Part shown: one piece after another, positions 51,455 to 62,955 of the stretch
Numbering within the stretch: position 1 is the stretch's first letter
How the letters are laid out: every line of letters starts with the position of its first letter
Assembly (NCBI GenBank): GCA_963778655.1
Contig: CAVZVA010000010.1
Location: forward strand, 1,088,001 to 1,152,000
Direction: 5' to 3'
Source: an uncultured delta proteobacterium
GTDB taxonomy: Bacteria; Myxococcota_A; Polyangia; Polyangiales; JAFGIB01
Length of the DNA stretch: 64,000 bases
The notes under the pieces: model-generated
The model's database searches: none
What the model was told of the DNA's origin: nothing
Seen by the model: the letters and a program-made list of their open reading frames with translations, nothing else
Program-made: the position numbers and the translations under genes

Positions 51455-52042
51455 TCACCGCACTGCCTGCTCGCGGGTCGCGTCCCACTCGGGCCGCAGG
51501 ATCGAGTAGACCGCCTGGTCCCAGCGGCGGCCGCGGAACAGCAGCGCAGACCGTAGCACGCCGTCGAGCTTCAGCCCCATCTTCTCGGCTGCGCGCCGGC
51601 TGCGTTCGTTCTCCGCGAAGATGGGCGCCCAGATGCGCTCGACGTCGGTGGTGCGAAACGCATGATCGATCAGCGCGTGCCCAGCCTCGGGAACCAGACC
51701 CTGGCCCCAGTGCGAACGAGCCAAGATGTAGCCGAGATACATCGTGCGGTGCTCCGCGCTGTCGAGATACACGCCCGCGCCGCCGATCACGCGCGCGGGG
51801 TCATCGCGCCGGCACAGCGCATAGTCGAGCCTGGCGTGCTCATAGCTGCCGGCGACGATCCCGTCGAGAAACGCGCGGGCCTCGTCGCCGTGCCGCAGCC
51901 GGTCCCACGCCATGAAGCGCGTAGTCTCCTCGTCCGACGCATACGCGTAGATCGCCGCCGCGTCCGTGATCTCATAGCCACGCAGCATCAAGCGTGCCGT
52001 CTGCACCACAGGCGGACGCCAACCGACCTCGGCCAGGCCCAT
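51455..52042 (-). CDS. GNAT acetyltransferase, RimJ/RimL family
   Basis: TARLMLR, LGYILARSHWGQGL, ENERSRRAAEKMG, YSILRPEW. Confidence 0.9.
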   Translation of the reverse strand: MGLAEVGWRPPVVQTARLMLRGYEITDAAAIYAYASDEETTRFMAWDRLRHGDEARAFLDGIVAGSYEHARLDYALCRRDDPARVIGGAGVYLDSAEHRTMYLGYILARSHWGQGLVPEAGHALIDHAFRTTDVERIWAPIFAENERSRRAAEKMGLKLDGVLRSALLFRGRRWDQAVYSILRPEWDATREQAVR

Positions 52043-52223
52043 CGCAGACCAATCTTATCGTCGCCGGCCACCCCCGCAAGCAGCCACTCCCACGTCACCT
52101 CGAACGACCGGGCCAACGTCAGCACTCCCGCCCGATCAGCCGCCCAGCACGAACCGTGTCCTATGGCGGTGCCAAAGGCGAGCGACCTACGCCGCTCCCC
52201 TCGTTCGATCGCCGTGCCCAACC

Positions 52224-53846
52224 CTACTTGAACGCGTAGCTCTTGAACTGCTCGCGCAGGTCGCGCTTCTGGATCTTGCCCGTGGCCGTGTGCGGGATCG
52301 CGTCCACGAAAGCGACGTCGTCCGGCATCCACCACTTGGCGATCTTGCCCTGCATGTACTGCAGCAGCGCTTCCTTGGTCACGTTCGTGTTCGGCTTGCG
52401 CACCACGATCAGCAGCGGCCGCTCGTCCCACTTCGGGTGCGCGATCCCGATCACCGCAGCCTCCGCCACCTCAGGGTGGCACACCGCCAGGTTCTCCAGC
52501 TCGATCGAGCTGATCCACTCGCCGCCGCTCTTGATCACGTCCTTGCTGCGGTCCGTGATCTGCATGAAGCCCCGCTCGTCGATCGTCGCCACGTCGCCCG
52601 TGTCGAAGAACCCGTCCTGGTCCAGGATCTGCCCGCCCTCGCCCTTGTAGTAGCTCTTCGCGATCGCCGCGCCGCGCACCACCAGGTGCCCGAACTTCTT
52701 GCCGTCGCGCGGCAGCTCCTCGCCGTCGTCGTCGACGATCTTCATCTCCACCATGTACGGCGCGCGCCCCTGCTTCAGCTTGTAGCGGATGCGCTCCTCT
52801 TCCGGCAGCGCGTCCATCCCCGGCTTGAAGCTGGCGAACGTGCCGAGCGGGCTCATCTCCGTCATGCCCCAGCCGTGCACCACCGTCACTCCGTAGTTCT
52901 TCTCGAAGCGCTCCACGATCGTGCGCGGGACCGCCGAGCCTCCGATCATCACCCGGTGCAGCGTGCTCAGCTGCTTGTTCTCCGCCTCGAGGTACTGCAG
53001 CAGCATCAGCCACACCGTCGGCACCGCCGCGGTGAACGACACCTTCTCGGTCTCCAGCAGCTCGTGAATGCTCTTGCCGTCCATCTGCGCGCCCGGCATC
53101 ACCAGCTTCGCGCCCACCATCGGCGCGGCGAACGCAATCGCCCAGGCGTTGGCGTGGAACATCGGTACCACCGGCAGCACCGAGTCGGCGGCGCGCATGC
53201 CGAACGAGTCGGCCTGGTTCACCGTCAGCGCGTGCAGGATGTTGCTGCGGTGCGAGTAGACCACGCCCTTGGGGTTGCCCGTGGTGCCCGAGGTGTAACA
53301 CAGCCCGCAGGCCGCGTTCTCGTCGACCTTCACCCACGCGAAGTCCTCATCGCTGTCGCCGATCAGCTCCTCGTAGCAGATCGCGTTGCGCAGCTTGGCG
53401 TCGGGCATGTGCGCGCGGTCGGTCATCACCACGAAGCCCTTGATGCCGGGGCACTTGTCCTGAATCGCCACGCACAGCGGCACGAACGTCAGGTCGGTGA
53501 ACAGGTACTTGTCGCCTGCGTGGTTCGCGATGTAGACGAGCTGCTCCGGAAACAGTCGCGGGTTGAGCGTGTGGCAGACCGCGCCCAGGCCCATGATCCC
53601 GTACCACGCCTCCATGTGGCGGTAGGTGTTCCAGGCCAGCGTGCCGACCACGTCGCCCTCGCGGATGCCGAGCTTGTGCAGCGCCTTGGCGCAGCGCTTG
53701 CTGCGCCGGTAGAGGTCCGCGTAGGTGCAACGGTGGATCGGTCCCTCCACCGAGCGCGTCACCACCTCCTGCTCGCCGTGATTGATGTTTGCGTGGTCCA
53801 GAATCGACGACACCAGCAGCGGCCAGTCCTGCATCAAACCTCGCAT
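52224..53846 (-). CDS. Long/medium-chain fatty-acid-CoA ligase (DmdB-like)
   Basis: YTSGTTGNPKG, PMFHANAW, WGMTEMSP, DTGD, DRSKDVIKSGGEWISS, TGK. Confidence 0.92.
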   Translation of the reverse strand: MRGLMQDWPLLVSSILDHANINHGEQEVVTRSVEGPIHRCTYADLYRRSKRCAKALHKLGIREGDVVGTLAWNTYRHMEAWYGIMGLGAVCHTLNPRLFPEQLVYIANHAGDKYLFTDLTFVPLCVAIQDKCPGIKGFVVMTDRAHMPDAKLRNAICYEELIGDSDEDFAWVKVDENAACGLCYTSGTTGNPKGVVYSHRSNILHALTVNQADSFGMRAADSVLPVVPMFHANAWAIAFAAPMVGAKLVMPGAQMDGKSIHELLETEKVSFTAAVPTVWLMLLQYLEAENKQLSTLHRVMIGGSAVPRTIVERFEKNYGVTVVHGWGMTEMSPLGTFASFKPGMDALPEEERIRYKLKQGRAPYMVEMKIVDDDGEELPRDGKKFGHLVVRGAAIAKSYYKGEGGQILDQDGFFDTGDVATIDERGFMQITDRSKDVIKSGGEWISSIELENLAVCHPEVAEAAVIGIAHPKWDERPLLIVVRKPNTNVTKEALLQYMQGKIAKWWMPDDVAFVDAIPHTATGKIQKRDLREQFKSYAFK

Positions 53847-54018
53847 CGCCCTCACCTCTCTCTGGTTCGCGACCAACGGAGCCCCATCAATAGGCAAACC
53901 CGGCGCGGAACGCAATTGACGGTTGCCGCCGCGCCCGGGACGCGCCGCCCGCGCGACCCGCCGCGGGCGCTTGCCGGCCGCCTGGCAGGGCCGCGGCGCG
54001 CGTGGAAGGCTTTTCGGC

Positions 54019-55314
54019 ATGATCCCGCGTGCACCCGCCCTGCTCTCGGGGCTGCTACTGGGAGCGCTGGCCGCCGGTCCGGGCTGTGCCTCCGGCTCGC
54101 GCACAGCCGTCTCCTCGGCGTTGCGCCGCGGCCAGTTGGCCGAGGCCCTGGCGGCTTACGATCGCGGTCGCCCCGATCCCGCGCTGCTGCGCCGCATCGC
54201 GGCCGCCAGCCTCGAGCACGCGGCGCAGGCGCGCGACCCCGCTGAGCGCGCGCAGGCCCTGCGCGCGTTGGAGCGCGGCGGGGACGCCGGCGCACCCGCG
54301 TTGCAGCGGCTCGCGGCCCGCGGTGCAACGCCCGAGCTGCGCGCGCAGGCACTGCTGGCGCTCGCGCGCCTCGGCGACGGCGGCGCGCGCGAGGCGCTGC
54401 GCGCGCACTTGGACGATGCCGGCGCCGAGGTGCGCGCGGCCGCGGTCGAGGCGCTCGACCCCGAGGCCGACATCGCTCTGCTGCGCGCCGCCTGCGAGGC
54501 GCCCGCCGCCGTGGTCCGCCGCGCCGCGTTGCGCGTGCTTTCGCGCGCGCAGCCGAGCGCGGCCACGCGTCTTGCGCTGCAGCGCGTCGCGCGCCACGAC
54601 CCGGAGCCGGCCGCGCGCGCCGCGGCCTTGCACGCGCTCGCGCACCAGGGGCTTGCCGCGTACGATGCGATCGAAGCCCGGTTGCAGGACGCCTCCCGCT
54701 CCGTGCGCCTGGCCGCCATCGACGAGCTGGTGGCGCTCGATCGCGCGCGCGCCGCGCACAAGCTCGAGCGCTACCTCGGCGCCGACCCCAGCGCCGAGGG
54801 CGTGGAAGCCGCGCGCATGCTGCTTGCGGCCGAGCCGGCACAGGGGCCGGGTACCGCGCGCGCGCAGCTCGAGCGGGCGCTCGCCGATCGCGACGGCGCG
54901 CTGCGCGCTGCGGCCGCGGTGGCGTTGATGTCGCTGCGCGATCCGAGCGCTCGCGCTCTGGCGCTCGGGCGCGTCGCGCAGGAGCGCGTGCGCAGCGTGC
55001 GCCTGTGCCTGGCGGTGGCGCTCGGCGCCGAGCGGCCCGAGGGCCGCGCGCAGCTCACCGCGTTGATGGGCGCGCAGGATGAGGTCTCGGGCCAGGCCGC
55101 GGCTGAGCTCGCGCGTCACGGCGACGCCGCCGCGCTGGCGCGCCTGCGCGCCTTGCTGGCCACCGCGCAGCCGCTGGTGCGGCAGGTGGTGGTGCGGGCG
55201 CTCGCGCTCGACCTCGGTCACGCCCGCGAGGTGCGCCGCGCCTTGTTGGACCCGGACGCGGGCGTCCGGATGGCCGCGGCCGCGGCGATTTTGACTGCGG
55301 TTTCAAAGGCTTGA
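54019..55314 (+). CDS. HEAT-repeat lipoprotein
   Basis: GPGC lipobox-like signal; repeated LxDxxxxVRxAAxxAL. Confidence 0.75.
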   Translation: MIPRAPALLSGLLLGALAAGPGCASGSRTAVSSALRRGQLAEALAAYDRGRPDPALLRRIAAASLEHAAQARDPAERAQALRALERGGDAGAPALQRLAARGATPELRAQALLALARLGDGGAREALRAHLDDAGAEVRAAAVEALDPEADIALLRAACEAPAAVVRRAALRVLSRAQPSAATRLALQRVARHDPEPAARAAALHALAHQGLAAYDAIEARLQDASRSVRLAAIDELVALDRARAAHKLERYLGADPSAEGVEAARMLLAAEPAQGPGTARAQLERALADRDGALRAAAAVALMSLRDPSARALALGRVAQERVRSVRLCLAVALGAERPEGRAQLTALMGAQDEVSGQAAAELARHGDAAALARLRALLATAQPLVRQVVVRALALDLGHAREVRRALLDPDAGVRMAAAAAILTAVSKA

Positions 55315-55468
55315 GCCAGGTCTTCCGGCCCAAGGCGGGGAACCCATCAGGCCCGCACAAATTCTATAAATAGAGTATTTTTATTGTTGAACGCGAAACT
55401 GGCACCCCGTAACATCTCGTGAAGCCCACCTGGATTTGGTGGTCCACGTCACGTTGTGAGGTGCTTGG

Positions 55469-58400
55469 ATGGCCTGTTCTTGGACACGGAAGAGAGTCGG
55501 TCTGGCTGTGGTGTTCGGGCTTGCCGCGTGCGGCCTGGCGGGCTGCAACGCGGACACCCATCCGATGACAGCGGGCCGCGGGGACGAGGGCACCGCGGGA
55601 ACCAGTGCCGACACCTCCGCAGCGGGCAAGGCCGCGCCCTCGGGCGGCGCCCCCGACGCCGGCCCCGGCTCCGCACCGAGCGATGCGAGCACGAGCAGCG
55701 GCGCGGGCGGGATGCCGCCGGTCCAGTTCATGATCCCCACCGCGGGCGGCTCGGTCGGCGTGTCCACCGCCGACGGCCAGCAGGTGAGCTTCGAGTTCCC
55801 CGCGGCCGCGGCCGGCATGATGGTGACGCTCACGCCGGCGGCGGCGAGCGACATCGGCTGGCCCGAGGGCAAGTTCGCGCAGGTCATCCGCATGGAGCCC
55901 GACGGCACGCACTTCCCGGAGCCGATCGTGATCCGGCCCTCGAGCGCCGACGTGATCGTGCTCGACTTCCCGTCGAGCGGCTCGCGCAGCAAGCCCGAAG
56001 GCCTGCCGCTCGACGACGCGGGCGACGGCTTTCTGCTCTCGCACTTCTCGACGCTGGTGGTGGTGCCACCTGCAACCTCGTGCGACACCAGCTCGGGCTG
56101 GCAAGTGGCCTCCGCGGTCGAGTCGCAGAACCACTGCAGCGATCCGGACTATCCGACCTACATCACGTTCTCGTGCGACTCACTCGCGTACTGTCTGGCG
56201 ATCGACGCGGAGTGCTGTGCGCCTTCGGGGGCCACGGGGTGTCACCTCGGCGATTCGCTGCTGAGCGTGTCATACGCGCCGAGCACCGACACCCAAGGCG
56301 GCCGCTACCCGTACTGCGCGCCCGCGATGGACGGCGGCGTGCAAGACGCCGGCGGCATGGGCGGCAGCGGCGGCATGGGCGGCAGCGGCGGCATGGGTGA
56401 CACAGGCGGCGGCGGCAGCGGCGGCACGGGCGGCGGCGGCAGCGGCGGCACGGGCGGCAGCGGCGGCGGCGTGTGCACGGCCGGCGCGGCGTTGGCGTGC
56501 GATTGTCCCGGCGACACCAGCTCGCCGACCGGCGCGCAGTACTGCAACCAGGCGGGCAGCGGTTATGGCGCGTGCATGTGCGGCGATGGCGGCACCGGTA
56601 ACGTCGACGCGGGCAGCGACGGTGGCAGCGCGAGCAGCGACGCGGGCGTGGGCGGCGACGGCGGCAGCGGCAGCGTCGACGCGGGCAGCGACGGCGGCAG
56701 CGCCAGCAGCGACGGCGGCAGCGCGAGCAGCGACGCGGGCGTGGGCGGCGACGGCGGCAGCGGCAGCGTCGACGCGGGCAGCGACGGCGGCAGCGTCAGC
56801 AGCGACGGCGGCACCAGCGGTGGCGACGCGGCGGTCGTTTGCAACGGCCTGCCGGCGCCGGCCAGCGCGGTGGTCGCAGATCAGGTGGCGCAGGACATGG
56901 TCACCAGCAATGTCGGCGGGACGATCAGCGATGGGCTCTACGTGCTGGTGGGTGCCACCCTGTACACCGGCCCCAACGGCGCGTCGGGTCCCGGTCCTTC
57001 GTTCCGTTCGACACTGGCCATCGCGGGCTACGCGTCGGGCACTGGAGAGCTCGTCTTCCAGCGCGACGCCGATCCGCTGCAGAGCGAGAGCTTCACCACC
57101 ACCGCGGGCAACGGCTACCTCTCCATCCACTACACCTGCCCGCAAGCCCTCGGTCTCGACTACCCGTACGTCGCGGACCCGATGAACCTGATTCTGTACG
57201 ACGTGCCGAACTCGATCGTGTGGCACTACCAGCTGCAGAGCGGCGCAGACGCCGGGATGGCCGGCAGCGGCGGCGGTGGCGGCGGGACCGGCGGCGGCGA
57301 CGGCGGCGCATACTGCTCGCCAGGGACGCCACAGCCGTGCGACTGCGGCGGCAGCGTGGGCGTGCAGTACTGCGACCCGAGCGGCAACTTCTTCGGCGCG
57401 TGCATGTGCGGCGACGGCGGCACGGGCGGCGGCGCAGACGGCGGGATGGCCGGCAGCGGCGGCGGTGGCGGCGGGACCGGCGGCGGCGACGGCGGCGCAT
57501 ACTGCTCGCCAGGGACGCCGCAGCCGTGCGACTGCGGCGGCAGCGTGGGCGTGCAGTACTGCGACCCGAGCGGCAACTTCTTTGGCGCGTGCATGTGCGG
57601 CGACGGTGGCACGGGCGGCGGCGCAGACGCCGGGATGGGCGGTGGCAGCGGCGGTGGCCCGAGCGACGGTGGCCCGAGCGACGGCGGTGGCTATTGCTCG
57701 CCAGGGACGCCACAGCCGTGCGACTGCGGCGGCAGCGTGGGCGTGCAGTACTGCGACCCGAGCGGCAACTTCTTCGGCGCGTGCATGTGCGGCGACGGCG
57801 GCACGGGCGGCGACGGCGGCACGGACGCGGGTGGGGGCGGCGGCGTGGACGCGGGCCCCGGCGGAGATGCCGGCACCGGCAGCGTGAGCTGCGATCAGGC
57901 GGGCACCTGGACCGACGTCGGGCCCGTGCCCAACGTCGGAACCCTGTATGGCGTGTGGGGTTTCTCGGCTAGCGACGACTTCGCCTGGGCGGTGGGCAAC
58001 GCGGCCACCGGTGAGGCGCTGGTCGCGCACTACGACGGCAGCGGGTGGACCAGCCAGCTCGTGGATCCGAACGCCGGCAGCATCACCCTGTTCGCGATCT
58101 GGGGCCTGGACCCGGGCCACGCGGTGGCCGTGGGCAGCGGCGGCGCGATCTACGTCTACGACAATCAGGCGTGGAGCGCGGTGCAGAGCCCGACCACGCA
58201 GGACCTCTACGGCGTTTGGGGCGTAAGCCCCACGCAGTACTGGGTGGTGGGCTCCGCGGGTGCGGCGTTCTACTTCAACGGGCAGGCTTGGGAGGACCAC
58301 AGCATCACCGGTTCGGGGACCAACGCGATCGGCACGCTGCACGGCATCTGGGGCAGCGCGTTCGACGATGTCTGGGTCGTCAACGATACCGGCGGCGCGT

Positions 58401-58795
58401 CGGGCAACACCTACGTGCTGCAGCACTATCAGTCGGGCAGCTGGACCGCCGATAGCAGCACGGCCTGGAGCTATTACTCAAAGGCGGTGTGGGGCCTGAG
58501 CGCGAGCGACATCTGGGCCGTCGGCTATACCAAGGGCTCGGCCGCGCACTACGCCGGCTCGAGCTGGAGCATGCCTGCGACCGGGCCCGCGGCCAATCCG
58601 TATCTGCAAAGCGTGTGGGGCCGCGACGGCAGCCACGTATGGGCCGTCGGCGACAGCGGTCAGATCGACTTCTTCGACGGCACCCAATGGACCGGTTGCA
58701 GCGCGGTCACGGCGGCCGGCCTGCACTCGGTGTACGGCACGGCCACCAAGCTGTGGGCGGTCGGCGACGGGGGCAGCGTGCTGCGCATGGACTAA
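55469..58795 (+). CDS. Large surface lipoprotein: ZU5-like domain, Gly/Cys repeats, C-terminal WG-repeat beta-propeller
   Basis: LAGC lipobox; PDGTHFPEPIVI...HFS; Cys modules; repeated LxxVWGxxxxDxWAVG. Confidence 0.8.
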   Translation: MACSWTRKRVGLAVVFGLAACGLAGCNADTHPMTAGRGDEGTAGTSADTSAAGKAAPSGGAPDAGPGSAPSDASTSSGAGGMPPVQFMIPTAGGSVGVSTADGQQVSFEFPAAAAGMMVTLTPAAASDIGWPEGKFAQVIRMEPDGTHFPEPIVIRPSSADVIVLDFPSSGSRSKPEGLPLDDAGDGFLLSHFSTLVVVPPATSCDTSSGWQVASAVESQNHCSDPDYPTYITFSCDSLAYCLAIDAECCAPSGATGCHLGDSLLSVSYAPSTDTQGGRYPYCAPAMDGGVQDAGGMGGSGGMGGSGGMGDTGGGGSGGTGGGGSGGTGGSGGGVCTAGAALACDCPGDTSSPTGAQYCNQAGSGYGACMCGDGGTGNVDAGSDGGSASSDAGVGGDGGSGSVDAGSDGGSASSDGGSASSDAGVGGDGGSGSVDAGSDGGSVSSDGGTSGGDAAVVCNGLPAPASAVVADQVAQDMVTSNVGGTISDGLYVLVGATLYTGPNGASGPGPSFRSTLAIAGYASGTGELVFQRDADPLQSESFTTTAGNGYLSIHYTCPQALGLDYPYVADPMNLILYDVPNSIVWHYQLQSGADAGMAGSGGGGGGTGGGDGGAYCSPGTPQPCDCGGSVGVQYCDPSGNFFGACMCGDGGTGGGADGGMAGSGGGGGGTGGGDGGAYCSPGTPQPCDCGGSVGVQYCDPSGNFFGACMCGDGGTGGGADAGMGGGSGGGPSDGGPSDGGGYCSPGTPQPCDCGGSVGVQYCDPSGNFFGACMCGDGGTGGDGGTDAGGGGGVDAGPGGDAGTGSVSCDQAGTWTDVGPVPNVGTLYGVWGFSASDDFAWAVGNAATGEALVAHYDGSGWTSQLVDPNAGSITLFAIWGLDPGHAVAVGSGGAIYVYDNQAWSAVQSPTTQDLYGVWGVSPTQYWVVGSAGAAFYFNGQAWEDHSITGSGTNAIGTLHGIWGSAFDDVWVVNDTGGASGNTYVLQHYQSGSWTADSSTAWSYYSKAVWGLSASDIWAVGYTKGSAAHYAGSSWSMPATGPAANPYLQSVWGRDGSHVWAVGDSGQIDFFDGTQWTGCSAVTAAGLHSVYGTATKLWAVGDGGSVLRMD
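57241..57810 (+). repeat. 189-bp in-frame tandem repeat (three Cys modules)
   Basis: Units start at 57241, 57430, 57619; each encodes YCSPGTPQPCDCGGSVGVQYCDPSGNFFGACMCGDGG with near-identical DNA. Confidence 0.9.
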
Positions 58796-58896
58796 ATGAC
58801 CGGTCACGATTCGGGAACGGCCATGCCGATCGGTCATTGATCCCGAATCGACAACTCTGATTTAGGGGCTGTCCCTAGCCCCGGCGCGCGCTCGCC

Positions 58897-59259
58897 TCAG
58901 CCGCGTGGTCGCTTGCCCAGAAAGCGTTTGAGCCCGTCGCGACCGTCGACGATGCGCAGGAACTCCACGCCCAGGCCGTGGCGCAGGCCGTGCTGCGCGC
59001 GGATCGCGCGCGTGACCACGCCCTCGGCAACCACCGGTTGATCTGCGGGATCGAGCCGTAGCGCTACCTCCACGCGCGCCCCCTGGGCCAGTGGTACCGC
59101 GGTACGCAAGAACAGCCCGCCCAGCCCCACGTCCGCGGTCGGTCCGAACACGGTGGCCTGCTCGCTCTCGATCCAGCACTGGCAGCGCACCGCGTAGCGC
59201 GAGTAGCGCCGGCGCTCGCTTTCGGGAAGCTTGCGGGATCGGTTGCCGAGCAGTTGCAT
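58897..59259 (-). CDS. PilZ domain protein
   Basis: RRYSR (RxxxR), DVGLGGLFL, GLGVEF. Confidence 0.85.
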   Translation of the reverse strand: MQLLGNRSRKLPESERRRYSRYAVRCQCWIESEQATVFGPTADVGLGGLFLRTAVPLAQGARVEVALRLDPADQPVVAEGVVTRAIRAQHGLRHGLGVEFLRIVDGRDGLKRFLGKRPRG

Positions 59260-59301
59260 CGCGCCCTTGCCACGCGTTCGCGTTTGACCGCTTCTAGACG
59301 C

Positions 59302-59841
59302 ATGATTGGCCGCGTGCAAGCGAACGGGCAACAAAGCGGCCGGGCCCAGGCACGCGGTGCTGCGCGCCTGCCGCCTGCGCGCGCGCGCACGGACGCGCGC
59401 AAACCACGGGCAAAGCGCTGGCTCGTAGCGGCTCTGATCCCGTGCGTGTGCCTGTGTTGCCGCGGCGAAAATTCGTCGCGCGAGCAGGTGCAGGCGTTGC
59501 TCGCGCGAATTTCGGAGCTCGATCTGCACGCCCCCGCGGTCCGGCGGGCGCAGCAGATCGAAGCCCTGCACGCGCTGCCGCTGCGCGACCCGGCGCTCGC
59601 GCGCGTGCGCGACCGCTGCGTGCAGGCCCACAGCGGGCTGCTCTCCGCCGAGCGCGAGCAGGCGCAGGCGCGCGTGCGGCTGCAGGACCAAGCGGCGCGC
59701 GGCGGCTCGGACAAGGCCGCGCTGCAGGCGATCGCAGCCTCGGTCGCGCATGCGGCCGCAACCCTGCAGAAGGCCCAGGGCGCGCTCGGCGAGTGCCAGC
59801 GCAGCCTGCGCGCGCTGGTCGCCGGCGGCGGAGCTGGCTGA
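59302..59841 (+). CDS. Hypothetical helical lipoprotein
   Basis: Hydrophobic segment ending CLCC, Ala-rich helices. Start uncertain. Confidence 0.5.
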   Translation: MIGRVQANGQQSGRAQARGAARLPPARARTDARKPRAKRWLVAALIPCVCLCCRGENSSREQVQALLARISELDLHAPAVRRAQQIEALHALPLRDPALARVRDRCVQAHSGLLSAEREQAQARVRLQDQAARGGSDKAALQAIAASVAHAAATLQKAQGALGECQRSLRALVAGGGAG

Positions 59842-59928
59842 GCGGCAGTGGTGGCGATCGAGGAGGACTGGGGAGTCAGGGGGTGGGGGCGCTGGCGTCT
59901 GGGCTCGGTCTGCTATGCTTGCAGCGCG

Positions 59929-60660
59929 ATGTGGTGGATTTCCGCGTTTTCGCGGCCCGGACGCCGGGTCGTCGCGGCGGCGGCCACGGCTCTGCTGGTG
60001 CTGGGCGCCTGCGGCAATCCGCTGCCCGGTGAGGAAGCGGCGAGCAAGGGCTCGCATGCGGCCGCCGCGCCGTCGCCGGCGGCCGAGCCCGGCCGCCCTG
60101 TCACGCCGCCATTCGCGGTGCGGGGCGAGCTCGACGGGCTGATGCTGGTGTGGTTCGACCAGAAGGGCCTGCACACGGCCAAGCGCCGCTCCGACATCCC
60201 CGAAGCGCGGCGCGCGGTGGTGAGGGTGGAGTCGTTGCGCATCGCGCCTGGCCAGCGCCTCGAGCCGGACCACGTCTACGTGGCCGATCTGCGCGCGGCG
60301 GGTCCCGGCGGCAGCTACAAGGTGCGCGTCCACAGCCGCGCCTGGTTCGACGCGCAGGTGGACGCCGCGCATCCCGGCCAGCAGCTGGCGCAACAGGGCG
60401 ACACCGGCGTCACCATCTACGCGGCCTCTTGGTGCGGGGTGTGTCGGGCCGCCGCAGCGTACCTGCGCTCGCGCCACGTGCCCTTCGTCGAAAAGGACAT
60501 CGAGAAGGATGCCGAGGCCAACGCCGAGATGCTGCGCAAGGCCCACGCTGCGGGCAAACACCCGAGCGGCGTGCCCGTGATCGACTTCCACGGCCACCTG
60601 TTGCTCGGCTTCGACCAGGCCACGCTCGACCGCCTGATCGATCAATACAAGGCGATCTGA
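59929..60660 (+). CDS. Glutaredoxin/NrdH-like domain lipoprotein
   Basis: LGAC lipobox; IYAASWCGVC, EKDIEKD, GVPVID. Confidence 0.85.
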   Translation: MWWISAFSRPGRRVVAAAATALLVLGACGNPLPGEEAASKGSHAAAAPSPAAEPGRPVTPPFAVRGELDGLMLVWFDQKGLHTAKRRSDIPEARRAVVRVESLRIAPGQRLEPDHVYVADLRAAGPGGSYKVRVHSRAWFDAQVDAAHPGQQLAQQGDTGVTIYAASWCGVCRAAAAYLRSRHVPFVEKDIEKDAEANAEMLRKAHAAGKHPSGVPVIDFHGHLLLGFDQATLDRLIDQYKAI

Positions 60661-60739
60661 GCCCGCCGCCTCACGCGGCAGGTCCGTGAGCGCCAAACGC
60701 GGGGAGCGCGACCAGGGCTACCCGGCTCGCTCCCGGCGA

Positions 60740-61291
60740 TCACATTCCGCCGTCGGCGTCCGCGCCGCCGCACGCGATCGGCGATCCGCCGTCCGTGGCA
60801 ACGTAGATGCACGGCGAGCCTGCGAGGGTGCTGCCACACACGTGGTCGGCGGTGCAGCAGCCCTTCGCGGTCGAGCCCATCGCGGCGGGCTTGTCGGGAC
60901 ACGCGGGGTCCGGCACCGCAGGGATGCCGCATGGAATGTTGACCAGCCCGCTGCCCATGACGCCGCAGGTGCTGGTGGCCTCGTCCACGCAACAGGGGCG
61001 CAGCAAGCCCGCGCCTTTGCAGGTCGCGGTCCCGCACGCCAGCGTCGGCGCCGCCATTCCGCCGGTTCCGCCGCTACCGCTGCCGCCACCGCCGCCGGTG
61101 CCCGCCGTGCTGCCGCCAGCGCCGCCGGTGCCCGCCGTGCTGCCGCCACCGCCGCCCGTACCGCCGGTGGCGCTCGAGCCTCCGCCAGTGCCCATGTCGG
61201 GCGTGCCGCCGTTTCCGGCGCTCTTACTACAGCCGCTGGCCGCCCACGCCCACGCCGCGAGCAGCAGCAGTCCCACGATCCGTCTGTTCAT
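60740..61291 (-). CDS. Small Gly/Cys-rich lipoprotein
   Basis: ASGC lipobox, Gly-Thr linker, Cys-rich domain; GGAG-type RBS upstream. Confidence 0.7.
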   Translation of the reverse strand: MNRRIVGLLLLAAWAWAASGCSKSAGNGGTPDMGTGGGSSATGGTGGGGGSTAGTGGAGGSTAGTGGGGGSGSGGTGGMAAPTLACGTATCKGAGLLRPCCVDEATSTCGVMGSGLVNIPCGIPAVPDPACPDKPAAMGSTAKGCCTADHVCGSTLAGSPCIYVATDGGSPIACGGADADGGM

Positions 61292-61573
61292 TGTGTTTCT
61301 CCCCAACAGGCGCCACCACAGCGCTTCGCAGATGCCGCGCCGGAACCGCGTTCGATCCGCGCACGAACGCTACAGAGATACGCCGTACGAAACAAGCTCG
61401 GCGCGCCCGAGGTCGCAGCAGCCCGCCGCCGCGCGCGAACCGAGCCGCGTGCGCTCCGCTTCCGGTCCGGCGCGGTGCGGGTCCAGGCATGGCTCGCGTT
61501 TGCCGCACCCGAACCGGCGGCGAAGTCGGCGCCGCTCGCAGGCGCGCTTGCTGCTCCCAGTGACGGGACGCCG

Positions 61574-62953
<1,380 letters not shown>

Positions 62954-62955
62954 GC

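Noticed and set aside
55400..55415. Sigma54 promoter at TGGCAC
   Set aside because: No GC at the -12 position.
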